A DNA stretch of 64,000 bases from Candidatus Enterousia sp. (GTDB taxonomy: Bacteria > Pseudomonadota > Alphaproteobacteria > Rs-D84): the NCBI GenBank assembly GCA_045587125.1, contig JAZNBN010000023.1, forward strand, positions 879 to 64,878, read 5' to 3'. The notes below the pieces were generated by a model that saw nothing but the letters and a program-made list of their open reading frames with translations, did not search any database and was not told where the DNA came from. Position numbers and translations under genes: made by a program. This document shows, piece by piece, positions 1-9,759 of the stretch. Numbering within the stretch: the stretch's first letter is position 1; the number at the start of each line of letters is the position of its first letter.

Positions 1-2538
1 ACCTGCGATTTTTGGTTGTGATGCGGATTTGTCTGCACGGGCATTTTGACCAACCACATTTGCAATTTCCATCAATGCAGATTGTGGTATCCATGATCCG
101 CATGTAAATGCGTCACCGGCGGCAAAGTATGCAGTTGCCCAATCTTGCTTGCTTGAAAAATCAGCAGCCTTGATTTCTCTGTGATCTTTTTCATCACGAA
201 CCGCCAATGTCCCATTAATCGCATTCATGATATCGATATCATTAGATTGCAATGTTACACGGATGCGACAGAACGAACCATACAATTCATTACTTGCCAC
301 GAACTGACTTGGTTTCAATCCCATTGTTGGGTAATCTGTTGGAACTTTGTTGTTCTTTAATTTTACCCACATATACGTTGAACCCGTGTCACGTGCACCC
401 ATTACACCGCCACCTGTATTTGAAGACATACACATATTCTGCTGTTTTGTTAATTTTGCATTATATGTTGCCTGGGCTTCTTTTTCCAAATCATAAATCA
501 AATCTTTGAACAAAGACTGAGCCGCCTGGGATTGAACGTATGTATAATATTCAATCATAACAGGTTCTGTATACGCAACACCATTTGCACCAACTGTGTT
601 ACATGGTCCCTGGTCACCGTTTGCGGCATAGCACAATGGATTACCATTTGCATCTACGTCTTGAACAGTTTCTTTATCAACGGTAACCGCGGTTGCGGAA
701 CCTGCATCATACCAACCGCCACGTGTTGAATCTGCACTGCCCCAGCTGGCTGTTGTATTATCAGCCTTTTTATATCTGGCACGTTCAATTGCCAAATGTT
801 CTTCACAAACAGGTGCGTTTTTAACTGTATCAACACACAATCCCAAAACGATTGTATAATCCAGAACACCACCAACCTTGTTCATAGATTTATCAAATGA
901 TGCATCACCTGTATTTGTCAAACTTGAATAAATATCTGTACGATTGCGATAGCAATTTACAAAATCCGCACCGCACATAGAGCGCACACAACTGGTCGCC
1001 ATATTCTGACATTGTTTACGCATATTTGCGATTGCAGCATCATTATAACTGGTTGACAGACGTGAATTCAAAGATGCAACTGCACCGATTGGGTCAGCCG
1101 CCCCTGGGCCATATGCCGGAACCAATGTTGAAAACGCATCGTTCGCAGCATACGAATATGTATATGCGCCATTTTTAATTGTTTCATATGCATATATACA
1201 ATTTGCATCTGTGTTTACGATTGCGGCACAACCTGTTTGAATATCAGAATATGTCGCCGAACCGTTTATACTTTTATCTGTTGCACCATTGCCAAATACC
1301 TGGGTATAACATGCAGCCCCAGAACCGCCACCGCATGTACGCATTGCGCAAGATGCGATAACTTCATTACATTTATCTTTGGCATCTTTATCAAATTCTT
1401 GCATTAATCCCTGGATTTTAGATTCCAATATAGATTTTCTGTCATTATGTGCAGCCGAAAATACTTCGTCAATATAATCAGGATCTGCCAAATCTTTTTT
1501 AGACGGTGTACGTTCCAAGAAAGTCATATGACAATATTTGTTTGAACCAATTGTATCTGCACAAGAAGAACGTAGATAACGGTTGACCTGACTCTTGGAT
1601 AATACATCTGCTTCGCCAACTGTATCAATTGTCAAACCTGCATCACCAACGACACCCTGGGCCGCCTGCAAAGACGCAACCGATGTACCTTCGATACAAC
1701 GCAGTGGATTTGCTTTACATGCATTTATAAAGCAATTATCAACCATTTTATAACATGTTGAAACCGCATTTAACGCAGCCAAATCAGCACCCGCTTCTAT
1801 TTCTGTGGCAACACGACCGGCACCAATTCCAGCCTTGGACGATGGTTTCCAAGCCGACACACCGAACAATTCTTTGACACCTGCGGCCTGGCAACGTGCC
1901 AGGGTAGAATCACAGAACAATGCCTGTTTTTTAAATTCTTTATCAGATGTACATAATTCAAAATCTTCACCACAAACATCATCTTTGTGCAGACAGTTCA
2001 AATATCTTTTAACACAAGTTTGTGTATCATATTGATTTTCAATTGCCGCGGCGGCAATTTTTTGTCCCAAAACACTGCCATCTGTTGGGTATGTGTATCT
2101 GGTTACTTCGCCATCTTCATTTGTTGTTGCAACATTTGACAACGCGGTTGTAGAAGATGTTCCAAACAAACTGTTTATACCGTCAGATGAACATTGCGCC
2201 AATGTACTGATACAATCAGGCATTTGTGCATGGAATAAAACATTTGTTGTACATTCTGAAAAATCAGAACCACAAGAATCATCAGACGTGATACATTCTG
2301 TATACGCATCAATACATTCGATATTATCCAATAAATTTGAAGTTGTTGATGACGCAACCGCCGCCGGCGCAGTATTATTTGCAGCCGCCAGATTCATCGT
2401 AATTGTCGGCATACGACGACCAGACGCAGACATAACAGTTGCCCCTTGAACCATTCCGGCACGTGGTGTTGCCGCAAAAGCGCCCGGAATCATAGTAAAT
2501 ACAGCCAATAAACTAACAGTGTTTTTGAGAAATGTCAT
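1..2538 (-). CDS. Large Cys-rich secreted hypothetical protein, running off the window start (>846 aa)
   Basis: ATG at 2538 after a purine-rich GGAGTAAGGGG. Signal-peptide-like start MTFLKNTVSLLAVFTMIPGAFA, then repeated C-x-x-x-Y-x-x-C...D-x-C-G-x-DF-x-x-C motifs. Absent from the ORF track, consistent with no stop inside the window; spot-checked open at 1-60. Confidence 0.85.
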   Translation of the reverse strand, partial: MTFLKNTVSLLAVFTMIPGAFAATPRAGMVQGATVMSASGRRMPTITMNLAAANNTAPAAVASSTTSNLLDNIECIDAYTECITSDDSCGSDFSECTTNVLFHAQMPDCISTLAQCSSDGINSLFGTSSTTALSNVATTNEDGEVTRYTYPTDGSVLGQKIAAAAIENQYDTQTCVKRYLNCLHKDDVCGEDFELCTSDKEFKKQALFCDSTLARCQAAGVKELFGVSAWKPSSKAGIGAGRVATEIEAGADLAALNAVSTCYKMVDNCFINACKANPLRCIEGTSVASLQAAQGVVGDAGLTIDTVGEADVLSKSQVNRYLRSSCADTIGSNKYCHMTFLERTPSKKDLADPDYIDEVFSAAHNDRKSILESKIQGLMQEFDKDAKDKCNEVIASCAMRTCGGGSGAACYTQVFGNGATDKSINGSATYSDIQTGCAAIVNTDANCIYAYETIKNGAYTYSYAANDAFSTLVPAYGPGAADPIGAVASLNSRLSTSYNDAAIANMRKQCQNMATSCVRSMCGADFVNCYRNRTDIYSSLTNTGDASFDKSMNKVGGVLDYTIVLGLCVDTVKNAPVCEEHLAIERARYKKADNTTASWGSADSTRGGWYDAGSATAVTVDKETVQDVDANGNPLCYAANGDQGPCNTVGANGVAYTEPVMIEYYTYVQSQAAQSLFKDLIYDLEKEAQATYNAKLTKQQNMCMSSNTGGGVMGARDTGSTYMWVKLKNNKVPTDYPTMGLKPSQFVASNELYGSFCRIRVTLQSNDIDIMNAINGTLAVRDEKDHREIKAADFSSKQDWATAYFAAGDAFTCGSWIPQSALMEIANVVGQNARADKSASQPKIAG

Positions 2539-2662
2539 CCCCTTACTCCATATTTTATTATTTTATTCTATCATAAAAGACAATATATGAAAAGGGAAAA
2601 ATTGTATAAAATTTATATTTTTTGCGAATCGGTTACAATATATTTTTATCTTGTTTTTGTCC

Positions 2663-2734
2663 CCCTGACCTGCCCCCAACGTGGGGCGGGATAGTTTAAG
2701 TTATTGCGAATGCAATTACGAAAACTTGGGTGGG
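2663..2734 (+). repeat. 72-bp palindromic repeat, copy A (DUF559-associated)
   Basis: CCCTGACCTGCCCCCAACGTGGGGCGGGATAGTTT...AAAACTTGGGTGGG; one mismatch to 2918-2989. Confidence 0.9.
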
Positions 2735-2758
2735 ATATACAAAAATTTACAAAACTTT

Positions 2759-2897
2759 TGTCATTCTGGACCCTGAGTCCAGAACCCAGGTCATCATTCC
2801 TTTTTATACTAAGGCCAAACCTGGGTCCTGGGGTCAAGTCCCAGGATGACATAAATGAATAATTTACTGGATTGCCACGCTGTCGCTCGCAATGACA
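2759..2897. repeat. Cluster of TGTC-tagged REP-like hairpins
   Basis: TGTCATTCTGGACCCTGAGTCCAGAACCC, GGGTCCTGGGGTCAAGTCCCAGGATGACA and GGATTGCCACGCTGTCGCTCGCAATGACA; related units recur at 38121-38268. Confidence 0.75.
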
Positions 2898-2917
2898 ACG
2901 TTTTTTAATCTCCACTG

Positions 2918-2989
2918 CCCTGACCTGCCCCCAACGTGGGGCGGGATAGTTTGAGTTATTGCGAATGCAATTACGAAAACTTGGGTGGG
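2918..2989 (+). repeat. 72-bp palindromic repeat, copy B
   Basis: Direct repeat of 2663-2734, ending 10 bp before the DUF559 stop codon. Confidence 0.9.
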
Positions 2990-2999
2990 GGGGGTACAA

Positions 3000-3383
3000 T
3001 CAAGAATACTTAGACACAAAAAATTCATAAAAATCTAATTTTTCATTTATACAACGATACAAAGTATTTATTACTTCTGGTAAAAATTTACGAGTAATAT
3101 ACGCATTTGGAATTCTTATTAATTTATACCCTTGGGATTCTATAAATTTTGTACGATGATTATCATATTCAATATTACCGGCATGCTGATCACCATCCAA
3201 TTCAATAACCAACTTAATAGAATGACACACAAAATCCACAATATACGGACCAATTGGTTGTTGTCTACGAAATTTCACACCTAACAGATTATTATTTATG
3301 TTATACCAAAACAACCTTTCTGCATATGTCATATTTTTACGCAAACATTTTGCAATTTTAACATTATCCGATACATTTGTCAC
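3000..3383 (-). CDS. DUF559 / Vsr-like endonuclease-domain protein
   Basis: LRKNMTYAE..FW, GVKFRRQQPIGPYIVDF, LVIELDGDQH, D..RT.FIESQGYKLIRI motifs. Confidence 0.9.
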   Translation of the reverse strand: MTNVSDNVKIAKCLRKNMTYAERLFWYNINNNLLGVKFRRQQPIGPYIVDFVCHSIKLVIELDGDQHAGNIEYDNHRTKFIESQGYKLIRIPNAYITRKFLPEVINTLYRCINEKLDFYEFFVSKYS

Positions 3384-3390
3384 ATTACAC

Positions 3391-3462
3391 CCCCACCCAA
3401 GTTTTACTAAGACCTGATTCTCAGGTCAAGTAAAAACTATCCCGCCCCACAAGGGGCAGGTC
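3391..3462 (-). repeat. Inverted copy C of the DUF559-flanking repeat
   Basis: Reverse complement reads GACCTGCCCC..GTGGGGCGGGATAGTTT-[different hairpin]-AAAACTTGGGTGGGG. Confidence 0.85.
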
Positions 3463-3480
3463 TTGGACTGCATAAACCAA

Positions 3481-3510
3481 CAAAAAAACATGGGCAATGC
3501 CCATGTTTTT
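3481..3510 (-). terminator. Intrinsic terminator
   Basis: AAAAAAACATGGGC-AAT-GCCCATGTTTTT downstream of 3530-4417. Confidence 0.75.
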
Positions 3511-3529
3511 ATTTCTTAATCCAAACGGA

Positions 3530-4417
3530 TTATTCTTGTGTTGGCTGTGCTGGTTCTGTTTCATATGAACGATCAATATTTTCCCATGAATATTCATAAC
3601 CGCCCTGACCATTAGATTTACGCATCAAAACATACCAACCTTCGCCTGTATTGTCTGCAACATTTCCAGCATCATGGTATTCTGTATAAACTTCTTCTAA
3701 GCCATCACCGTCGGTATCAGCAACAATTTTTACATCCTTAACACCTTCATATTCGGTATTTGAGTGATCAAAATAACCTGTTGTAACTTCAACAACACCA
3801 TCTTGTGCAGAGATTCCAGTTACAACGTTATCTTTGTCTGTAGTTGGTTTAACTGTAACATTCGCACCTTCACCCGAAGAAGTCAGTTTAAGTTGTTTTG
3901 CATCCAATTCAGTCTGCAAGTTTGTAATCTTAGAAATAGATAATGTATTAACATCAGCATCAACGATTGTACCATCCGCAATCTTACCAGATGTAATTGC
4001 ACCATCTTCAACATCTGCCGTTCCTATCAAACCATATGTCGCTGTAACTGCACCATCAGTCTGAGTAACAGTTTGAACTACACCAGTAGTATCAGTAGCA
4101 GAAAAATCCATACCTTCAATCTTAGTTGTTATAACTTTGTTCTGAACAGGGTTTAAACTTGTGTTACTAAGTACATCATCAACCTCTACTTCTGTTTGAT
4201 CACCATATGACACAGTAACAACACCATCTTGTGCAGAGATTCCTGTTACGAAAGCACCCGTTCCACTTGTTATAACGTTCTTAGCATTTTCCAACACATT
4301 CTGTTTTGTTGCTAAACCTTCATCAACATAATTCTTTGAAGCTACGGCTGCGTCTGCAGAGTTTGCAGATACCAAACCAATCAAAGATGCCAAAATACCG
4401 GCTGTTAATTTTTTCAT
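3530..4417 (-). CDS. Secreted fibre-like repeat protein
   Basis: Signal peptide; ASKNYVD, DDVLSNTSLNPVQNKVI, DGAITSGKIADGTI and LQTELDAKQ motifs resembling trimeric or phage-fibre-like proteins; duplicated VTGISAQDGVV. Confidence 0.75.
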   Translation of the reverse strand: MKKLTAGILASLIGLVSANSADAAVASKNYVDEGLATKQNVLENAKNVITSGTGAFVTGISAQDGVVTVSYGDQTEVEVDDVLSNTSLNPVQNKVITTKIEGMDFSATDTTGVVQTVTQTDGAVTATYGLIGTADVEDGAITSGKIADGTIVDADVNTLSISKITNLQTELDAKQLKLTSSGEGANVTVKPTTDKDNVVTGISAQDGVVEVTTGYFDHSNTEYEGVKDVKIVADTDGDGLEEVYTEYHDAGNVADNTGEGWYVLMRKSNGQGGYEYSWENIDRSYETEPAQPTQE

Positions 4418-4604
4418 GTTTTTCTCCCTTCTTTCTTTTTTTGTTTTTTTTGTTTCGTTGTTTTTCCTTGGTCCACCTATCTGCTAACTATATTACGCTA
4501 TTCAATCAATCTTTCAATTTGTCTATATGATATCATATTTTACAAACTTAAACAAATACTTTTTTTAAAATAATCCTATTTTTTAAATTATTTGTTTTCT
4601 GATT

Positions 4605-5375
4605 TTATAACGTTGTTTCCCCCGTATCAGACGTAGGCGTTTCAGATTTTTCAGACGATGTTTCGTATATCAGTTCCAATTTCATCCAATATGGTTCCCC
4701 ATTACCATCAACCGATAATACGCATGTTGTTTCAATGCAATCAACCGGTTTTGGCAATGCATACGCAATTACCGCCGTGGACGTTGCCAATCCAGACCCA
4801 ACCCGAACGTTGGTATCTGCATTAACGGAAATCTTTTCCGTGGTATTATCAACAGATACATACGTGTCACCCGATGTATATGAAATACCCTCGCCACCAT
4901 TAACAGTTATAACACCATTTTCATCAAAGGCGATGTCAACACTGCCACTGCCCTTTAAGTTTTCAGATGTTAATTTAATCTGCTTGGAATTTAATTCCGT
5001 AGTCAGACCATTTACCTGGGTCATTTCAACCGCCGTCGCAGTTGTAATTGCCCCCAACTCATTTGTAACAACGATACGTGATGCCTCGTGCCCTTCTATA
5101 TTCAATTTCGTTCTGTTTAATTCATTTATCGCCCCCGTTACCGTATCCACAGTCGTTGTCATTATCACATGTCCCAACAACGTATCATGGTCTTCTACCA
5201 TTTTTTTAACAGGTGCAACCAATCCATCAACATAATCACGTGATGTTAATTGCATAATTGGCTTTGCAGATGATGACGAGTCTGGCGAGACCATCGGTGC
5301 AGCACACACCCCCCCACCATACATAACAGCAAATGTCGCAATCACAGATGTAAAAATTTTATCTCTTGTTGTCAT
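4605..5375 (-). CDS. Secreted fibre-like protein
   Basis: Signal peptide; TSRDYVD, TVTGAINEL, LNSKQIKLTSENLKG motifs shared with its neighbours. Confidence 0.75.
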   Translation of the reverse strand: MTTRDKIFTSVIATFAVMYGGGVCAAPMVSPDSSSSAKPIMQLTSRDYVDGLVAPVKKMVEDHDTLLGHVIMTTTVDTVTGAINELNRTKLNIEGHEASRIVVTNELGAITTATAVEMTQVNGLTTELNSKQIKLTSENLKGSGSVDIAFDENGVITVNGGEGISYTSGDTYVSVDNTTEKISVNADTNVRVGSGLATSTAVIAYALPKPVDCIETTCVLSVDGNGEPYWMKLELIYETSSEKSETPTSDTGETTL

Positions 5376-5399
5376 AAGGCACCATTCCCGTAAAATAAA

Positions 5400-6557
5400 T
5401 TATTCTACCACCGATTCTTCTACTACTGTTGTGGTTGCGGTGGTTTGTAACGCAGACGCATCAACAACCGCAAACGGTATCCAAACACCCGTACCCGGAC
5501 CAGATACAGAATAGAAATAATTACCTGAATTATCTGGTGTATCCAACGCAACAGTATCACCACTGACCTTTATTCCATTCCCAGCCTTTAATGCCAATGC
5601 AATTTTATGCGCAACATTATCAACAGTAATACCTGTATCACCTTCGTATATTGCACCTTCGCTGACCGTGGCATTCAATGTGTTTGTTTCTGCATCAACA
5701 TACAAACCAGAACCAACATTAACAGAAATTACGTCTGTGGTGTCATCAATTGAAATCGCAGTACCTGGAATCAATTTTTCTTGTACATTTTCTACATCAC
5801 TGCCTGCGCCAGTAACTGTGATAACACCATTATTAAATCCAATTGTAACATTGCCTTCACCCTTTAAATTTTCCGGCGTCAGCATATCTTGTTTTTGATC
5901 AATTTCAGAATATATTTGTTTAACTTCTGAATTATGCTGTTCTATTAATTGATTTAATGAATTTTCAATAGCCTGCACCTGTGCAAACGTAACCATTAAT
6001 TCTTCTAATACAGTTTCATCACCCTTCTTAACAGTCAACAAACCTGTATCCTGATTGTAACCAAAATCATATTCAGCATCTACGTATGTATTAAATTCAT
6101 TCTGAATATTTTCAATTTCATTATAAATATTTGTAATATCTTGACGTATTTCTTCTAAATCCGAATCTGAAAGCTCGCCACTCTGTGAAGGTGGACGAAC
6201 ACCAGTACCATTATTGCCACCACTGACCGATTGACCTGTGGTTAAATATTTACCAATTGACAAACGTGGTGTAGATGCCGCACGCGAAGAAGACACACGA
6301 GTAGCACCAATCGTAGAACCTGAATCAACACGCATTGCACCACCACGCAAATTTTCACCAGATGTCGTTTTATTAGAACTTGCAGATGCCTTGACACGCG
6401 TCGGCGCAGATGCTGTTGGTGCAGAACCACTGGCGGCACTGGCGGCACTGGAATAAGTAGACGCCCCACCTAATGTTCTGACCGATGGTGCCGCAAACGC
6501 GGACATTGATATGCCCAATGTGCAAATTATCGCCAATGTTGATATTCTTGTAGTCAT
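5400..6557 (-). CDS. Secreted protein with Ser/Ala-rich N-terminus, coiled coil and fibre-like repeats
   Basis: Signal peptide ending AFA; IDQKQDMLTPENLKGEGNVTI, LIPGTAISID and LKAGNGIKV repeats. Confidence 0.75.
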   Translation of the reverse strand: MTTRISTLAIICTLGISMSAFAAPSVRTLGGASTYSSAASAASGSAPTASAPTRVKASASSNKTTSGENLRGGAMRVDSGSTIGATRVSSSRAASTPRLSIGKYLTTGQSVSGGNNGTGVRPPSQSGELSDSDLEEIRQDITNIYNEIENIQNEFNTYVDAEYDFGYNQDTGLLTVKKGDETVLEELMVTFAQVQAIENSLNQLIEQHNSEVKQIYSEIDQKQDMLTPENLKGEGNVTIGFNNGVITVTGAGSDVENVQEKLIPGTAISIDDTTDVISVNVGSGLYVDAETNTLNATVSEGAIYEGDTGITVDNVAHKIALALKAGNGIKVSGDTVALDTPDNSGNYFYSVSGPGTGVWIPFAVVDASALQTTATTTVVEESVVE

Positions 6558-6622
6558 GTCTCTCTCTATTTGTTTTTATATTGTACTGGTTATCCTAACA
6601 AATATCCCTATAATTTTTTATC

Positions 6623-7459
6623 TTAGAATCTGTAACGTAACCCAACAGATACAGAATTATCCAAAATTAAACCAATTTTATTTCTAAATTCATATTCATC
6701 TGTACCAACAATCAATTTTGTTTCATGTCTGGTACCATTAAATGCCGCCAAACGATAACGAACGTCTAATGTTAAATGCTGATCAAAATCATACGCATAA
6801 CCAATCATCGCTGCGCCCATCAATGACCCATTGCGTTTTGTACGATGTCCACCATCAAAAATTATACTGGTATGTTCACCGTCCAGTTCTGTTTTTGGCA
6901 CAGCCAACCCTAAACCAACACCAACGTACATACCATTATAAAAATCATTATACGCATTGGCAATTACGTATGGCACAGTCAATGTAAAGTTTATACCTTC
7001 ATCATTATCTTCAAAACGACCCATTATACCTGCTTCTATATCCAAACGCCATGCAGTATCAAACGCATAACCAACTGTAAACGCACCACCATAAACAGGT
7101 TCAAAAGAATATTTATCATGATCATTACTGGAATCAAGATATGGCCATGTTGAAGAATATTCATTTTCCCATGACAACATACTCAGATTCATACGACCCC
7201 CAACATACCACGCACCACATGATTTCTTTGGCATATTGTAACGAACAGGCTGATACTGAGGCATTTCAGGTTGTTGTACCACAGGCATCGCATTTGGCGT
7301 ACGGCCAGAAAACTTAAAATTATTAACAACTGTTATGTTATCAGACGTCCTTCTGTACATAGACGTGCGGTCATTCTGTGCATGTTGCACGCCTTCTGTT
7401 GCAAACGCACCGCCTGTCAATGCAATCATACATAAAACAAAACCAAAAATCTTTTTCAT
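6623..7459 (-). CDS. Outer-membrane beta-barrel protein (Opa/OmpA-like porin family)
   Basis: Signal peptide; WYVGG, YVGVGLG, LDVRYR strands; C-terminal GLRYRF. Confidence 0.8.
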   Translation of the reverse strand: MKKIFGFVLCMIALTGGAFATEGVQHAQNDRTSMYRRTSDNITVVNNFKFSGRTPNAMPVVQQPEMPQYQPVRYNMPKKSCGAWYVGGRMNLSMLSWENEYSSTWPYLDSSNDHDKYSFEPVYGGAFTVGYAFDTAWRLDIEAGIMGRFEDNDEGINFTLTVPYVIANAYNDFYNGMYVGVGLGLAVPKTELDGEHTSIIFDGGHRTKRNGSLMGAAMIGYAYDFDQHLTLDVRYRLAAFNGTRHETKLIVGTDEYEFRNKIGLILDNSVSVGLRYRF

Positions 7460-7588
7460 TTACGATTCCTCCACTAAATGTTAAGCATACTATATCACAA
7501 TTTTGACTTTATTCCAAATGCTAAAAACACAATTTTTTTGATTTTATTTTTATTTGACCGTATATAAAAATTTTACTATATTACCCAC

Positions 7589-8383
7589 ATGGAAGAAAAG
7601 ACAACTATATCTTTTGCGAACGTAGCCGCACGATATGACGGAACCCCTGATATTTTAACCGATGTATCTTTTAATATCGGTGCCGGTGGTTTTTATTTCT
7701 TGTCTGGGGCATCTGGTGCCGGCAAAACAACTTTACTGCGTCTGATATATCAATTACACAAGCCCTCTAACGGGCAAATAAAACTTTTTGGGCGTGTAAC
7801 CAATGATATGACACGCGATGAAATAACAAATATCCGCCAAAAAATGGCCATTGTATTCCAAGAATATTCATTACTGTCCCACCTTAGTGTTTTTGACAAT
7901 GTTGCCCTGCCCCTGCGTGTTCGTGGCGTGCCAGATGCAAAAATAAAAAAACTGGTGACCAAGGTATTGGATTGGGTTGGATTGGGTAAATACGCAGATT
8001 CAAATCCAAAATCCCTGTCTGGTGGTCAACAACAACGTGTATCTGTGGCACGTGCAATTATTGTTCAGCCTTCAATATTACTGGCCGACGAACCGACTGG
8101 AAACCTGGACGATGAAAACGCGTCCAGATTGATGGAATTGTTTATACAAATGAATAAAATGTTTGGAACAACAATTATTTTGGCGACCCACAATACAAAA
8201 CTTATGGAAACATATAAATTTCCTGTGATTCATGTTGAAAACCATCGGGTTAATTTTATCAACAAAAATAAAAAATCAGATTCTGTAAACGAATCGGAAA
8301 CAAAAAGAACTTGGCGTGGTCCAAAACCACAAAATTACTTTGCGGAACTGTCGAAACAATTTGACGATATCGGAAATAAATAA
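7589..8383 (+). CDS. ftsE: Cell division ATP-binding protein FtsE
   Basis: GASGAGKTT, LSGGQQQR, LLADEPTGNLD; directly upstream of an FtsX-like permease. Confidence 0.9.
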   Translation: MEEKTTISFANVAARYDGTPDILTDVSFNIGAGGFYFLSGASGAGKTTLLRLIYQLHKPSNGQIKLFGRVTNDMTRDEITNIRQKMAIVFQEYSLLSHLSVFDNVALPLRVRGVPDAKIKKLVTKVLDWVGLGKYADSNPKSLSGGQQQRVSVARAIIVQPSILLADEPTGNLDDENASRLMELFIQMNKMFGTTIILATHNTKLMETYKFPVIHVENHRVNFINKNKKSDSVNESETKRTWRGPKPQNYFAELSKQFDDIGNK

Positions 8384-9222
8384 TGAAAAAAAATACAGTA
8401 TTTTCATTGGTACATGAACAATCTGTCTTTATGACAGCGATTTTGGCATTACTATCATTTTTATCAATAATAGCATTGGGAATTGCACTGTCTATTGGCA
8501 CAGGCGTAATGCGTTGGAATAATCAATGGGAATCTTTTGCCACTGTCCAGGTAACAGATTTAAAAAAAGCAGATGACGTTAAAAAAATCATAGATAAAAA
8601 TGCGGATAAAATCGATACCATAAATGAAATCACAACCGAACAAATGCAAGATCTGATGGCACCATGGATTTCATCTGGGGGTGATATTTTGAAAAATTAC
8701 CTACCAAAAATGTGGGAAATAAAATTCAAATCTATCCAAGACATGCACAATGTTGGCGAACAAATATCACCGAACGCCCGTTTTTTAACACATTCTGATG
8801 CGTTAAGTCCATCTACCAGTTCTGGTTGGAAAATGATTGCAATATCTTCTTTTGTATTATTGATGATATTGGGAACAATTGGTATGTGTATATCGTACAT
8901 TGCCCGAAACACTGCATTACTGCACAGACGTGAATTAGAAATATTAAACCAGGTTGGTGCATCTGATACATTTGTTGCAAAACAGATGCAAATTATTGTC
9001 GGAAAAATTAGTTTAATCGCAGCAACCATTGGTTTTTTTGTTGCCGCACCCGTATTACTGATTGTAATATCTGTTGCACACAGTGCACGCGTAGGCCTGC
9101 TTGCCACATTGGGATTATCTGGGGCGGGTTGGTTATTATTATTATTGCTGCCTGTTTTGATTGTATTTTTTGCAATCTATATCACACGTCGTACAACATT
9201 TAATATTCTAAAAGCCAATTAA
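8383..9222 (+). CDS. ftsX: Cell division permease FtsX
   Basis: Four TM segments; HRRELEILNQVGASDTFV motif; coupled to ftsE. Confidence 0.85.
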   Translation: MKKNTVFSLVHEQSVFMTAILALLSFLSIIALGIALSIGTGVMRWNNQWESFATVQVTDLKKADDVKKIIDKNADKIDTINEITTEQMQDLMAPWISSGGDILKNYLPKMWEIKFKSIQDMHNVGEQISPNARFLTHSDALSPSTSSGWKMIAISSFVLLMILGTIGMCISYIARNTALLHRRELEILNQVGASDTFVAKQMQIIVGKISLIAATIGFFVAAPVLLIVISVAHSARVGLLATLGLSGAGWLLLLLLPVLIVFFAIYITRRTTFNILKAN

Positions 9223-9223
9223 A

Positions 9224-9745
9224 ATGAAAAGACGATTATTATTAACCCCATCTTTTGTTGTATTCAGTTGCTTTATAATTGGTGGCATGCTGTTCAAAGT
9301 TACCACACCTTGGCAGTGTAACGAAATTCAACAAAACGACAGTATCTTTGTTCTGACGGGCGACCAACGCCGTATACCGTTTGCAATCAAAAAAATGCAA
9401 GAATATCCAAATGCAGACCTGTATATAATCGGTGCAGGTGCATCACAACACGATATGGATTTAGCACGCAAAGCAATTATTGAATCTAAATCAAAATCCA
9501 CATATCAAAACGCATTAGCCATCAAAGATATCGCATCTGAAAAAAAACTGAAACGAATCGTTATAATAACAACCGAAGACCATATGCAACGTGCAAAATA
9601 TCTGGTGCATTATGAATTACCAGAAACAAAAATTATATCTTGTCCCGCGACATTAATTGGCATGTCACCTGGAAAAAGACTTGAAAGATGGACCACAGAA
9701 TATATAAAATATCTGGTAACCATGATTGGAATCAAAGAAAGTTAA
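9224..9745 (+). CDS. YdcF/DUF218 family protein
   Basis: IFVLTGD..RI, SKSTYQNA, IIITTEDHMQRA, EYIKY; usual position after ftsEX in Alphaproteobacteria. Confidence 0.8.
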   Translation: MKRRLLLTPSFVVFSCFIIGGMLFKVTTPWQCNEIQQNDSIFVLTGDQRRIPFAIKKMQEYPNADLYIIGAGASQHDMDLARKAIIESKSKSTYQNALAIKDIASEKKLKRIVIITTEDHMQRAKYLVHYELPETKIISCPATLIGMSPGKRLERWTTEYIKYLVTMIGIKES

Positions 9746-9759
9746 ACAAAGGAAAACAT

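Noticed and set aside
252-2449. Short ORFs listed in the first 2.5 kb
   Set aside because: They are shadows of the long minus-strand ORF starting at 2538.
2646-2999. 117-aa ORF with an internal duplication
   Set aside because: It is a translation of the palindromic repeats A and B and has no RBS or other coding signal.
3530-6557. Prophage tail module
   Set aside because: All three proteins have Sec signal peptides, and no capsid, terminase, integrase or lysis genes are nearby.
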